64,000 nucleotides of DNA from Heptranchias perlo (taxonomy: Eukaryota): assembly GCF_035084215.1 (NCBI RefSeq), contig NW_027138451.1, positions 186,001-250,000 of the forward strand, given 5' to 3'. Within the stretch, counting starts at the first letter, position 1; the number at the start of each line of letters is the position of its first letter. Made by a program: the position numbers and the translations under genes. Under the pieces are notes generated by a model. That model made no database searches and was not told the origin of the DNA. It was given only the letters and a program-made list of their open reading frames with translations. Positions 11,894-25,139 of this stretch are shown here, one piece after another.

Positions 11894-13985
11894 TTTTTTT
11901 TATTCATTCATGGGATGTGGGCGTCGTTTGCAATTTCTGACCTTATGATGGAGGGAAGGTCATTGATGAAGCAGCTGAAGATGGTTGGGCCTCGGGCAAT
12001 GCCCTGAGGAACACCTGCAGCAATGTCCTGGTGCTGAGCCGATCGGCCTCCAACAATGACTACCATCTTCCTTTCTGCAAGGTATGACTCCAGCCAATAG
12101 AGAGTTTCCCCCCTGATTCCCATTGACTTCAATTTTACTCGGGCTCCTTGGTGCTACATTCGGTAAAATGCTACCTTGAGGTCAAGGGCAGTCACTCTCA
12201 CCTCACCTCTGGAATTCAGCTTTTTTGTCCATGTTTGGACCAATGCTAAGGTCTGGAGCCGAATGGTTGGCGGAACCCAAACTGAGCATCGGTGAGCAGG
12301 TTATGGGTGAATAAGTGTCGCTTGACAGCACGGTCGACGACACCTTCCATCACTGTGCTGATGATTGAGTGCAGTCTGATGGGACGGTAATTGGGTCGAT
12401 TGGATTTGTCCTGATTTTTGTCTGCAGGACACACCTGGGCAATATTCCACATTGTCGGCTAGATGACAGTATTGTAGCTGTACTGGAAGAGTTTGATCAG
12501 AGGCGCGGCTCGTTTACAACGTCTCCTCCTCCCGTTAGTTGCTTAATTGTCCACCACCATTCAAGACTGGATGTGGCAGGACTGCAGAGCTTTGATCTGA
12601 TCCGTTGGTTGTGGAATAGCTTCGATCTGTCTATAGCATGTTGCTTCCGCTGCTTCGCCTGCATGTAGTCATGTGTTGTAGTTTTACCAGGTTGGCAGCT
12701 CGCTTTCAGGTACGCCTGGTGCTGCTCCTGGCATGCTCTTCGACACTCCTCATTGAACCAGGATTGATCACCTGGCTTGTTGGTAATGGTTCAGTGAGGG
12801 ATATGCCGTGCCATGAGGTTACAGATTGTGCTGGAATACACTTCTGCTGCTGCTGATGGCCCACAGCGCCTTATGGATGCCCAGTTTTGAGCTGCTAGAT
12901 CTGTACTGAATCTATCCCATTTAGCACGGTGGTAGTGCCACACAACACTTCGGAAGGTGTCCTCAGTGTGAATCATAGAATCATAGAAGTTACAACATGG
13001 AAACAGGCCCTTCGGCCCAACATGTCCATGTCGCCCAGTTTAAACCACTAAGCTAGTCTCAATTGCCTGCACTTGGCCCATATCCCTCTATACCCATCTT
13101 ACCCATGTAACTGTCCAAATGCTTTTTAAAAGACAAAATTGAACCCGCCTCTACTACTGCCTCTGGCAGCTCGTTCCAGACACTCACCACCCTTTGAGTG
13201 AAAAAATTGCCCCTCTGGACCCTTTTGTATCTCTCCCCTCTCACCTTAAATCTATGCCCCCTCGTTATAGACTCCCCTACCTTCGTCTCCACAAGGACTG
13301 TGCGGTGATCATGCCTACCAATACTGTCATAGACAGATGCATCCACGTCCGGTAGATTGGTGAGGACGAGGTCAAGTCGGTTTCACCCTCGTGTTGGTTC
13401 ACTCACCACCTGCCACTCCTGGACATTCAAGACCCCCATCCAGCGTAAATTTTGTGACCTTGCCATACTCACTGCTGCCTTCAGGTGGTGCTCAACATGG
13501 AGGGGGGCTGATTCATGAGCTGAGGGAGTGCGATCGGTTGGAATCAACAGGAGGTTTCCTTGCCCATTTTTGACCTGATGTCATAAGATTTCATGGGCTC
13601 CGGAGTCAATGTTACGGACTCCCAGGGCCACTCCCTCCTGACTGTATATCACTGTACCACCACCCCTGGTCGGTCTGTCTTGCCGGTGGGACAGGACATA
13701 CCCAGGGATGGTGTAGGAAGAGTCTGGGACGTTGGCTGAAAGGTATGATTCTGTGAGTATGGCTATGTCATGCTGTTGCTTGACTAGTCTGTGTGATAAC
13801 TCTTCCCAATTTTCGCACAAATCCCCAGATATTAGTGAGGAGGACTTTGGAGGGGCGACTGGGTTTGGTTTGCCTTTTTCGTGTCCGGTGCCTCGTGGCT
13901 CCATGCCGTGTGGTCTGTCCGGTTTCTTGCTTATGATGACTTTGTGTAGCGAGATTGTACAACTGAGTGTCTTGCTAGGCCACTT
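11894..13985 (-). mobile_element. Family B LINE (endonuclease to mid-RT), joined directly to a 3' tail at ~11927
   Basis: LVKQQHDIAILTESYL, RQDRPTRGGGT, VWHYHRAKWD, NYRPIRL, AQFGFRQ, GVPQG...FSCFINDLPS; tail cccatgaatgaataaaaaaaaa. Confidence 0.88.
12972..13281 (-). mobile_element. Young CR1 3' fragment nested inside the family B LINE
   Basis: TRGHRFKVRGERYK...FFTQRVVSVWNELP with an (aatcatag)2 tail at 12971-12988; family B sequence resumes on both sides. Confidence 0.85.
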
Positions 13986-14169
13986 CAGAGTGTGATTAAG
14001 AATAGTTTCATGGTAGTTTCAGAGCCACCATTACTGATACTAGTTTTTTTTTATTCTAGATTTTATTTAACTAATTGAATTTAAATTCCCCAGCTGTTAC
14101 GGCGGGATTTGAACCAATGATTCCGGATTAGTTGTCCAGTAATATTACCTCCATGCAACCGTATCCTTA

Positions 14170-14585
14170 ATTTGAATGAGGAGGTCACGGGTCGGTTTGC
14201 TGTCGATGTGGAGATGGGACAGGTTGGGCAATGGAGAGATGTAAGCGAATTTTAAATTTGAGTGGTATGGAACTGTGAACCAGTGAGGGTCAGTGAGGTC
14301 AAGCTGGACTTGGTGGTGGTTAGAAGGTGGAGATTGTGTGGCCCGCCAGGAGTGCATTGGAGGAATGGAGCCTGGAGGGAGAGAGACATTGATGAGGGAT
14401 TAGTGGCAATGGGCCGAGGAAGGAATGGAGGCGGCTGAGGGAATCACAGGGTCTTTGTGATGGAGGTTAAATCGGGTCCTGAGCTCAGCTCCGTGTTCCA
14501 TGGCGACAATTTTACTGGAGCCGTTAACCAATGTAGAATAAAAAGGTAAACATTTGCAGTGAAATAGCGGAGAGAGGAGTGTCAA
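14170..14585 (-). mobile_element. L2-type LINE remnant
   Basis: Degenerate pyrimidine-rich minus strand resembling the L2 ORF2 region between endonuclease and RT. Confidence 0.45.
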
Positions 14586-14594
14586 TGGGGAACT

Positions 14595-14733
14595 TTCAGT
14601 GTCCGTCCCCTAATATCACCCACAGTCATTACTAGACTGCAATCCTCAACCTGCCCTTTAACACGTTCAGTGTCCGTCCCCTGATATCACCCACGGTCAT
14701 TTCTACGCTGCAATCCTCAACCTGCCCTTTAAC
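14595..14733. repeat. 71-bp tandem duplication (2 copies)
   Basis: ttcagtgtccgtcccct...gcaatcctcaacctgccctttaac at ~14595 and ~14666. Confidence 0.85.
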
Positions 14734-15224
14734 TGTCCTCGTATCAGAGACTCAAATTCATATTTTAACTGGGAAACTTCAGGAACAGAGTGAAACGGGT
14801 CTGTTTATGTCCCTGGATTCAGTGTACACTGCGGAGAAATCTCTACAAATTATAAATGAATCGCCAGGAGTGAACATCGTCAATACAATTAGAGGAAAAC
14901 TGTAAATGAAGCCTCTCATAATTGTTGGATCAGTCCTGTGTGATTACAGCTTTTAACTTTATTCCTGAGAGAGGTCTGATTAATTTAATGTCTTGGACTT
15001 TGAGATGCTTATGATATTTCGACCACATTATTTACATCGGAGTCATAGCTGCCTCTGTAATGTGTTTGTTCAATAGACTGTAAATGATGGCAGTCATCAG
15101 AGTATAACGTTGTCATTGGAGAATTAATCCCTGTTTATATCAGGGCTTGTTGGAATGGATCAGCTCAGATTGCCCGCCCGAGTTGTGGTGTCCAGACCAA
15201 CAGAAGTCAGTGCTTCTCACAGAA

Positions 15225-18200
15225 ATGGGATATCCAGTAATCCAACAGATAGAACGCATTTATTATCCTGTTCTTGCAGCCTTCGGAGTTCCGGGTAAGC
15301 CGTTTACCTCAGCTGTTAATGGTGTAAATTGATGACTCTGCTGCTGTACTTAGCAATTTATTTTCTCCCTGCATGTTTTACACAGTCGCCTGTTCTGTTC
15401 TATCTACTGAATGAAGGAATGTGTTAATTCTCTGCACTTTCAGTAGTGTAGGAGTGTCATTATATCTGTATTGACCTTTGTATGTCCAGCCGTGGCGTTG
15501 TTACTGGATAATTGTCTGTACTGAATGTTGTGTAATGGTATGTCCATAGATTCTAAACGTTCGGTCTTGTAATAGTTACATCATATCCTTAGTGACCTTT
15601 GTGTATCCAACTCTACCATTGTGACTGGGTTATTCTCCACTGAATGTATTGGAATCAGGTGTCTGGGCAAAGAGCTGGTATCAGACCATCAGAAGTTGTT
15701 AACAGTTTAATGCTGTAGAACTATCCTGTCCTGGAATATTTTTTCATTACTATGTTTTCAGTGATTGATTATGAGACAGCTCAGCGTCTCAGTGTTACAT
15801 GGAGGCAGTGCAATATCCTCCCTCCCCAATAATATGCTTCAGTTAAACTGGGATTACATTGTATTTATTGGTTAGGACTGTTGTGAAATATTATTTCATT
15901 ATGTGTGTATCTGACGCCGCTTCAGATGTCTGGTTACTGAACTGAGTTTGCTGCTGACACTTTCACATCTCCTCCTCCGCTTCACTGTGGATAAATTCAC
16001 GGACTGTCACTGGACTTCACTGTAAAATGAAAAGTTTTGAGGTTATGTTGTATCAGTTTGCACTGTACCAATTGGAATCAAGAGCCCTTCTTTTTATCTG
16101 TAGATTATAAGTATGATGTTGGCATTTTGTTAATTGAACAATCCCACCATCTAACACTTTACTTTATAATTACAGGAGAAGGAATCTCAATTATTGTGAA
16201 ATCTGTCTGGAAGAGGCATTTGATTCTGTCTTTTCCATGATTTGTAGATGAAGTGAACAGTGTAGGTGAACAGGTGGAGACTTGAATGATCTGTCGGAAC
16301 ATTAAACTGTTCAACAGAGGCATCACTATTTAACAAACTGACACTGAGAATAGGATCGGTGCAACAAGTGGATGGTGAGCAGAATGCAAGGGCAGGATGA
16401 TAGGATTTAATCGGATATGAAAATGAAGTTGAGAAGGAGATTAGAGTGAGTGATAGAGAGGGCGACTGAGAGGGAAAGCGAGTGGCTGTGGTGTGAATAA
16501 TTTATCAGAATGAACTGTTGAAACTTCTAGTACATTTAAACATAGAGAGTGTAACTTGAAGGTGTTATTATGATGTTGTCAGTTTGGGCGAGTTTTGATT
16601 CTAGGACTCGCTCCTCATGTTTATATCACTGTCAGGTCCTCACTCCGTTTTCGTGAATGTTCCTTGTTTCCCAACAAATCTCTGAACATAATTAAAATTT
16701 ACTTAAAGAATAGAATCTGTAATTTCGTCATCGCATTGGATTATTCGGATACTGCAGTTTTAAAGCTCGGAAGGATTCAATAAAAAACAAGGTCGATTTA
16801 ATTAATACTTTTAAATTTAATTTTAATTGAATGTACAAAGTAATGTTAATTAACACATTTTTTTACCCAACACATGTTCCCTGACACCAATAACCACAGA
16901 AATGAACTGTTAACTCTCCGAGTTGGATTGTGTTATTGGGACTTAAAGATTAGATTTCCTCTAACGCTCTGCTGCAGTCTCTCCATGTGAATCCCAGCCT
17001 CTCCTCCCACTGCAATTGAATCATCTGTCTCCTCATCAGTTGCTTCAGTTGATCAACATTCCCAAACCATCTGCTCCTGACTCCCCTCCAGCTCCGACAT
17101 GTTATTTTCCTTATCTGCTTCCCAATCTCACTCACTGGCTCGGTCTCCAGCTGCCTTTCCCGTTTACTGCCAGCCTCTATCGGCTGTCTTAACCCAGAGC
17201 AACAAACCAGCCGCATATCTTCCTGTCCCCTCATCTTCCCGACATTCGCTCCATTTCCCGTCCGTCTAGAGGCCAAATCCGGCTTTAATGCGCTCTATTC
17301 CTACTCGGTAAAACCCCTTCTTCCTTCACCACCGACACTGCGCCCTCACTCGGCCCTTCCAGTGGACACGGTGCTCACTTTGTTCACTTTCTGTATCGAT
17401 TTCCCAATTCATTTCTCTGCCCGGAAACGCTGCCCAATTCAATTAACTAGTTTCCACCGTTCGATGCAGCAAGAAAGCGGGAAATTTCACCCCAGATCCT
17501 CCCAAACTGCTGCTTTGGCTCCAAGTCTGATCAGTAATTTCCCCGCTTTCTTTTCTCTCTCTCTTACAGTTAACTTGGTGGCGATTGTGATTCTGTCCCG
17601 AGGAAAGTGCGGTCTCTCCAAATGTATTGGTCGCTATCTGTTGGCAATGGCAGTGGCCGATCTCCTGGTCGTTACAGCTGGTGTGATATTGAGGTGGATT
17701 GGTGCGATTTATTTCCGAGGTTCATTCCTGTTCATTACTCCCGTGTGTAGTTTTATTATTTTCTTGAGTTATGCAACCGGGGTTGTTTCTGTTTGGTTAA
17801 CAGTCGCTTTCACCTTTGATCGATTTGTGGCCATTTGTTATGAGAAGCTGAAAATTAAATATTGCACTGAGAAAACGGCGGCTGTGGTTCTGGGAACAGT
17901 GAGTGTTCTGGGCTGTTTAGAGAGTCTCCCCTGGTACTTTACATATGAACCTGGAGTTATAATGCATAATGTTCCCCTGGGTTGCATGCTTAAACTGAGC
18001 TACCTTACTTCCCCTGCATGGGCCGCATTTGACATGTTTCACCTCACTTTAACTCCTTTCCTTCCGTTCTGTCTGATTTTGCTGCTCAATGCTCTGACAG
18101 TCAGACGTATTTTAATCTCCAGTCGAGTCCGCGGGGGATTCCGCAGCCGGAGCAATGGAGAGATTCACAAGGATCCAGAGATGGAGAACCGAAAGAAATC

Positions 18201-18507
18201 CATCATTTTGCTCTTCAGTATATCGGGCAGTTTTATTGTGTTATGGTTGCCACGGGTTGCATTTTACATTCATCTGCGAGTAACAGACATTCGGTATTAT
18301 TACTCCTACACTGACCCTGTTTATATCACAGAAAACACATCAGTTATGCTGCAGCTTCTCAGTTCCTGCACAAACACGTGTATTTATGTCCTGACCCAGA
18401 CTAAATTCAGAGAGGAGCTGAAGAACGCGGTAAAATACCCACTCAATCTAATTGTTAAATTAGTGAGATCACAGAAAGAGCTGAAGGGTTTCAAGCAGGA
18501 GAACTGA
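15225..18507 (+). CDS. Class A orphan GPCR, GPR139/GPR142-like; 2 coding exons (15225-15294, 17570-18507), 335 aa, intact
   Basis: Exon 1 MGYPVIQQIERIYYPVLAAFGVP+G|gtaagc; exon 2 follows ctcttacag (phase 1) and gives VNLVAIVILSRGKCGLSKC. 70+938=1008 nt in frame. Seven hydrophobic segments; motifs LAMAVADLL, WLTVAFTFDRFVAIC, FIVLWLP, SSCTNTCIY. Confidence 0.92.
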
Positions 18508-18809
18508 ATCCCATTTCAGACTCCATCCTCAACACTTCCCAGGGGACGGAAAGTACATTTTAAATTAGCAGCACAGAGCCATGAAATGATCTTAAATCGG
18601 ATTCTGATGTTATATTTTATTGATTATCTGATATATTGAGGCAGGATTTGCTTTGCAGACAACATTTGAATTGTTGATCAAGATGGCAGCATTAAACAGC
18701 TCAAATGTACTTATCCTAAATGACCGCCCTGCAAAATGGGCAAATCTGGCAATCAAAGTAGCTGCGGTGGGCCTGATCGGAATCGGTGCACTCCACGTAA
18801 GTGGTGATA

Positions 18810-19400
18810 TAGAGAGACAGAGAGAGGGAGAGGGAGAAAGTGAGAGAGACAGATATACAGAGGGAAAGAGAGAAACAGAGAGAGAGAGAGACGAATCGAG
18901 ACACAGAGAGACAGGGGGAGAGAGAGACAGGGAGTGACAGGGAGAAAGCGAGAGAGACTCGAGAGACTGAGGGATCGCGAGACAGAAAGAGAGACAGTTG
19001 CAGAGGCATAGAGAGAAAGAGAGTGATAGATAGAGAGAGAGACGGGGGTAGAGGGAGAGACGGAGATAGAGAGAGAGGGAGAGGCAGAGAGACAGACGGA
19101 CAGAGAGTGAAAAAAGAGAGAGACACACATACAGAGAGAAAGAAAGACAGAGTGAAACAAGAAGAGAAAACAGGACCGATATTATAAAATTATAATTTGA
19201 CGCTTATTTTTTTTTTGGTTTACTGCACATGAACACACCATAACCAAAAAAAAAGAGAAAACAGGGAAAAAGAAAGCCAGACTGAGAGGGAGAGAGAGAA
19301 AGACCAAGAAACAGAGAGATAGTGGGAGCGGTGGCAGAGAAAGAGGTAAGCCGAGAGAGTAAAACAGAGCATGAGAAGGAGAGAGAGAGAACCAGAGGGT
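18810..19400. repeat. (GA)-rich low-complexity tract
   Basis: Degenerate agagag/gaca repeats; purine-rich + strand. Confidence 0.9.
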
Positions 19401-19609
19401 TGGGTATGGAGACCACTAGTGAAATGGTCAGTTGCAGGTGCCGTATAATGCTTCAAAATATAATCATTTTATAATCCCCCTATATGTAATTCCCTCTCTA
19501 TAATTATGGGTTTAAATTTATCCCGACCAACATTTCTCACCTGACTTATGGGAATGAACTTTCTTGATCTCCGGCCGTCGAACATTCCTCCCGTAGTGAT
19601 CACATAAAT

Positions 19610-20445
19610 GGAATCATAGAATCTTACAGCGCAGAAGGAGGCCATTTGGCCCATCGTGCCGGTGCCGGCTCTTTGAAAGACATATCCAATTAGTCCCACA
19701 CCCCTACTCTATTCCCATATCCCTGCAATTTTCTCCCATTCGAGTATGTATCCAATTCCCTTTTTAAATTTACTATTGAACCTGCTTCCACCACCCTTTC
19801 AAGCAGTTCTTTCCAGATCCTAACAACTCGCTGCGTAGAATAAAGCCTCCTCATCTCCCCTTGGTTTTTTTGCCTATTATCTTAAATCTGTGAAAATTGA
19901 TAACCGCCTCTCGGACCAATGGAAACAGTTTCTCCCTATTTATTCCATCAAAATCCCTCAGAATATTGAACAGCTCCATTAAATCTCTCCCTAACGTTCC
20001 CTGCTCTGCGGAGAACAATCCCAGCGTCTCCACTTTCTCCACATAAAAGCAGTTCCTCATGCCTAGTACCATTCTTGTAAGTATCTCCTGCACCCCCTTG
20101 AAGAACCTGACGTCTTTCCTAAAGTGTGGTGCCCAGAATGAGGCATATCGGGTGATTGATGAAGGTTTAGCATAAATTCCTTGTTTTTATACTCTATGTC
20201 TCTATTTATAAAGCCAGTGCTTTTTAATGAGACTTATCAATCTGTCCAGCCGCCTTCAAAGTTGTGTGTACCTAAACCCTTAGTATTCTGTACCTACAAA
20301 ACTTTTAAAATTGTACCATTTGTTTTATATTGCCTCTCCCCATTCTTCCTACTAAAATGCGTCACTTCACACTTCTCTGCATTAAATTTAATCGGCCAAA
20401 TGTCTGCCCATTTCACCAGTCTGTCCATGTTCTCCTGAATTCTGT
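19610..20445 (-). mobile_element. CR1 3' fragment
   Basis: VETLGLFSAEQ..., HRFKIIGKK; aatcatagaatc tail at ~19612. Confidence 0.85.
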
Positions 20446-20508
20446 TTCAATTATCATGTAATTGAATTGTATAGAACTACCCCTGCAGGATATTCACTGC
20501 TGCTTCTG

Positions 20509-20509
<1 letters not shown>

Positions 20510-20548
<39 letters not shown>

Positions 20549-21194
20549 CTGTGTGTGTGTGTGTGTGTATGAGAGAGAGAGAGCGGAAGAGAAAGAAAGG
20601 AAGAGAGGGAGGCATGGAAAGGAGGAGACACAGTTACACAAGGGGACATAATAAAACAGGCAGGCAGAAAGTGAAAGTGAGAGAATGGGAGAGTCAAAGT
20701 CAGAAACAGATATAGAGATAGAGGGAGAGATAATAGGGAAGAGAGAGACAGAAAGGAAGAGAATGAAAATGCATAATAATAATCAGTGACTAAGGAGGAG
20801 AAAGATAAAGACAGAAAAAAAAACATGAGAGGCCACTAGAAAGACATAAAGACAGAGAGAGATATTGCCGGAGAAACAAACAACGATAGTCAGAAATAAA
20901 CACAGAAAGGAAAAAGCATGAAGTGAAGAAACAGAGGGAAGGCAGCACGTGGGCCAGAGAAAAGAAGTGATATGGAGAGAGACAAAAATTAAAATAGAAA
21001 GACACGGAGAGAGAACACAACGACAAAAGAAATATAATGATCAAAATACAAAGAAAATTAAGACAGATTCACATAAAAGGCGGGGGGGGGGCAGTCTGTG
21101 TGAGTGAGATCGAATCAAAGAGGGGCAGAGATGGAGAAAAATAAGGAGATTTATTAAGACAAGAGAGAAAAATAAAGGAAGAAAAAAAGCGGAG

Positions 21195-21225
<31 letters not shown>

Positions 21226-22075
21226 GTGTCAGAGAGAGAGAGAGAACGCACTCATGAATGGAACCAGAGAAAGGTACACTGACGAGGAATTACAACGTGC
21301 TAGAATCGGAGAGATAAATAGACAGAAGAAATCAATTCAAAATAACCAGAGACTGATAGGGAGGCAGAGGAGGAGAGGGACAGACATGAAGTAAGACAGC
21401 AAGAGAGAGAAAGAAAGAGGACTAGAAAGCAAGGAGAAAATAGAAAACAGAAGAGAGGAGGAGAAATACGACAATTCAAACCGAGATTGAAAGAAATGGA
21501 ATGAAATACAGAACCAGATGAAAAGAAGAGATCAGGAAGTCAACTCGCAACAGAAAGAAAGAAGTAGACAGAAACAGAGCTGGAGAGAGTGGGACATAAA
21601 CAGAATGAAATAAAGACGGATGAAAAAAGGGAGAAGGAAGAACGAGGTAGAGAAAAGGAAAACGGAAAAGTAGATACACAGAGAGAAACAAAGAGCGAGA
21701 TAGACAGAGGGAACAAAAAGAGAGAGATGGATACGGAGAGAGAGGTGGAAAGATAAAAAGACGGATGAAGTCAGAGAGAGGGAGAGACAACGAGGGAAAG
21801 GGGCAGGGAAGCTGATGTGAAAAAAGACAGAGAAGGCAAAGAGAGAAGATAGGCAGCGTCATGCAGACAGAGAGAGAGGCGCATAGAAAAAAGCCAAGAA
21901 TGACAGGAAGAAAAAGATAGAGATACAAACAGTACCAGAGAGACAGAAATTAAAGTAGAAGTGTAAAAAACAAGATTGAAAAACACACAGGAGATAAACG
22001 GAGATAAACGATATACACAGAGGACAGACACGTAGAAACATGAACAAAGATATAACGTGACAGCAAGGTAGAGGC
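20510..22075. repeat. (GT)n microsatellite followed by a ~1.5-kb purine-rich low-complexity tract containing (TA)n at ~21194-21224
   Basis: Direct inspection. Confidence 0.9.
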
Positions 22076-25000
22076 AGAAACCATTAAATCGCCAAATAAA
22101 CTGTATGATCAGCCTGGAGTGTGAGGGTGCTGACTAGCAGAACAGCAACAGGTGAAGGAGGCCAGACAGTTCATGTCTGTTCTGGGGTTACATTTTTGTG
22201 GATTTAATTTTGACAGTTCGAAAGGTGATACCTGGAGGCTGCACAATAAAATCACTCAGTCTTATTTAACTGACCTGACCATTATTTTCTGTGGGAGATT
22301 CGCAGCTGCTCTCTGAGGCAAACATTCTTCCGATAAACGAAAGCCTGATGTTAAATCGGCTTCAGCACGTCTGAAGGTAAAGGACTTTTAAAAGGTGGAA
22401 GGACTGTTAATCGGATTGTTAATGACACATTGTAAAAGAAGATCACACAGCGGAGGATAGATCACCATGTCAACAAGAACGATTCCGGGGGGGGGGGAGG
22501 GGGGGCTAGAGGTCGTTTGAACACCTGCTGACTTAATTTCGTTAAGTTGTGGACACTGAGAGAAAACAAATTTGGTGTCAATCAATCGTGGGTTGCATTT
22601 GTTGGAACCGATTGTTGAAAAGTCACAATCCCAGAGGTGTGGTTCTGTATTCAAACGGATTTTATAAGCTGCACAGAAGTTGAGTGGGGTGAGACACAGA
22701 TCCACCACGACTGTCCCATCCTCACATTTCGCTTCCTGGCAGCACCACCTCAGCTGAACTGTTCATTATACTCACTAACACACAGCTTGGTGCCTCCATG
22801 CAGGTTTACAGATTGCCTGTGAAGCAGGTGACCTGACTATATGAGAAATGCACGCTACACAACTACCGTATCAATCAAAAAATATCTGCCACCTTCCCAG
22901 CAAGCTTGAGCCAACCATGAGTATATCACTTTCGTTATGGGGTTAGTTCAATGTGCACATTTGATTTCCAAACGGTTATGGATTTGGGGGATTCAGGATG
23001 TGTTTTTTTATTGTTGCTAAAGCAATTCTAAATCGGTCTTAAACCCAAGATGTTGATAAATTCTAATGTCATTTTTACTAGTGTATTACTGACAATAGTA
23101 AATGATTGTTTTCTTCATAAAGCCAAGGTTTATGCCTGAAGTTTCTTTCGGCAACATAGCTCATTAAGTTAAATGTAAAATTAAACCTTTTGCAAATTGA
23201 AGTCTAAAATCATTTTGCACCTATTTTATACCTACATTTGTACCATGTGAAACTCCCCCAATAAGTTATTGGATTCTGTAATAAATCACAATGTACTCTT
23301 AACCCTTCTACAGTTTTGCTAAACTAGACAGGACCCCGCAGCACTCTCCTGCTCTGTTACTTTACAAATATTGTTATTGTTTCAGCTTAAAGAAAAATAT
23401 GAACTTTGGAGAAATAAACTAAATCCCAGATCAGAGCAATATTTAGATTGAGTCCAACTTTAATCTGATTTATTCAATAAAAGCTACAACGACATTCTTT
23501 ACATAAAATGAGTAATTTGACCTTTCCTCTGAATGTCTGGTCTCTCCTTCTCCGTAAGCATTATGTTCAAATAACCAAATGTTAAATGTACATTTTCTTT
23601 GCAGAAATTCACCCTTTCTTGTTTAATTCCCTCACTGCACGACTGCACTTATGTTTCACAGCAACTAGTTCCAGTCTCACTCAGTTTGTATCTTTAACTA
23701 GAGTGGAACTGTGATTTAACAGGAGCAGCAAATGAACCTTCTCCGTGTCTTTCAACACAACAAGCATCCGCCTTGTCCCTCAGTTAGGTGGCCGCTTCAC
23801 CCATCAGTAAGACGGCTGCCTCACTGGCGGCCATTTTGTTTCATATTCAGGGCGGCTATTTTGTTTAAACTTCATGAATACACTTTTTTTAACATGGCCA
23901 CTTGTCCCTTAATAAATTGCCTCCGTGCAGCCGGCCATGTTGAATCCAGTTCAGGGCAGTGAAGCTGTTGTTCACAATATCATCGTAGGTACGGCACAAG
24001 AGGAGGTCATTCGGTCCATTATGCCTGTGCTGGCTCCTTTAATGGACAATCCAATTAGTCCCGTTTCGTCCTCTGCTCTTTCCCCACAGTCCGAATGGGG
24101 GCTTGTTGTAGTACTGGTTTTAATGTTTAAATACAGGTTATTTTTGTCTATCAAGGTCATTTCCCAATCTTTCACACTTTAGAACCATCTGCCTTATAAA
24201 CTGGGATTTGTTTCTGTGTAACTGAATGTTAGTGAGAGACTGAGCCTGAAACTAAGTGAGGGATCTTGCTGTGGATTTGATTTTTAAAAAATATTCATTG
24301 TTTTGGCACCTCTGAATGTCTAGAATTTGTTTTAACACGTTGGCTAATTGGAAAAAGCCACAAATTGGAAGTTGACCACAAACTACAGGCGTTTTATTCC
24401 CTGCTCCAGGAACAGAAGGGAAAACGAACACAGGGACCGTCTGGATTCTGCAGCAAACGCTAACAAGGACAGACAGACAGACCGGCACGTTTAAGGGGGA
24501 GTTTGTGAGTGCGTGGCAAAGCAGGAAAAAAAAAACCTGCAAACTTCAATTGCAGAGAGAAGCAACATGTGCTCTTCAGGCTGTACTGAGTGTCTTTCTC
24601 TTTCTCCCCATTCCCAACTTTTCTCTCTCCTCTTTAGATTCTCTGCTTTGTAAATGGGGATTTCGTTTGTCAATGGTGTCTGCTGAGAGATTGCCTGTGT
24701 AACGGAATGAGTGCGTGAGTGAGTGAGTGTGAGTTCGATCTGGGCTCTTGCTGTGCCTTTTTAATCCCTTGCTTTGATTTTAATCAATTCCTTTCTCTCA
24801 TTCTAACTCTCTCCAGAGGATTTTTTTGTGTAAATGCTGTAACATGAAGACGTGGAAAGCTAAAATTTGGGAGGACGAATCTTTAGACAAGGGGCTTTCT
24901 CTCCAGAGGGGATTGACCGAGGCATTCACCGGAGGTTGCTCTCAATGGGGCTCACGTGAGCTGTATCTGGTTAACTGTGCGATCACTGGGAGCACTTTGG

Positions 25001-25139
25001 GATCACTGGGTCACTGTGGGATCATTTTTTGATCATCGTGGGATCACTGTGGGCATTGTCGCACCACAGGGACACTGTGGGATCACTGGGACAACATGGG
25101 GTCGGTGGGACACTGTGAGCTTCCAATGTTTCCGATTTT

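Larger units (their letters stand above)
10460..11895 (-). mobile_element. CR1 ORF2 3' half and 3' UTR, interrupted by the Penelope palindrome
   Basis: Begins YMEFQNAFVKVP at ~11893; WAPNFRKDVKILETVQKRFT, YVERLEKLELFSLEQR, VTQRAVMFCNALP. Confidence 0.88.

Noticed and set aside
17362-17569. N-terminal 69 aa of the 381-aa ORF as part of the GPCR
   Set aside because: It is intronic read-through. A strong acceptor at 17569 and an in-phase upstream exon (15225-15294) supply the start of TM1.
18610-22047. Multiple Leu/Ser- or Arg/Glu-rich ORFs
   Set aside because: Translations of (GA)/(TC) low-complexity DNA.
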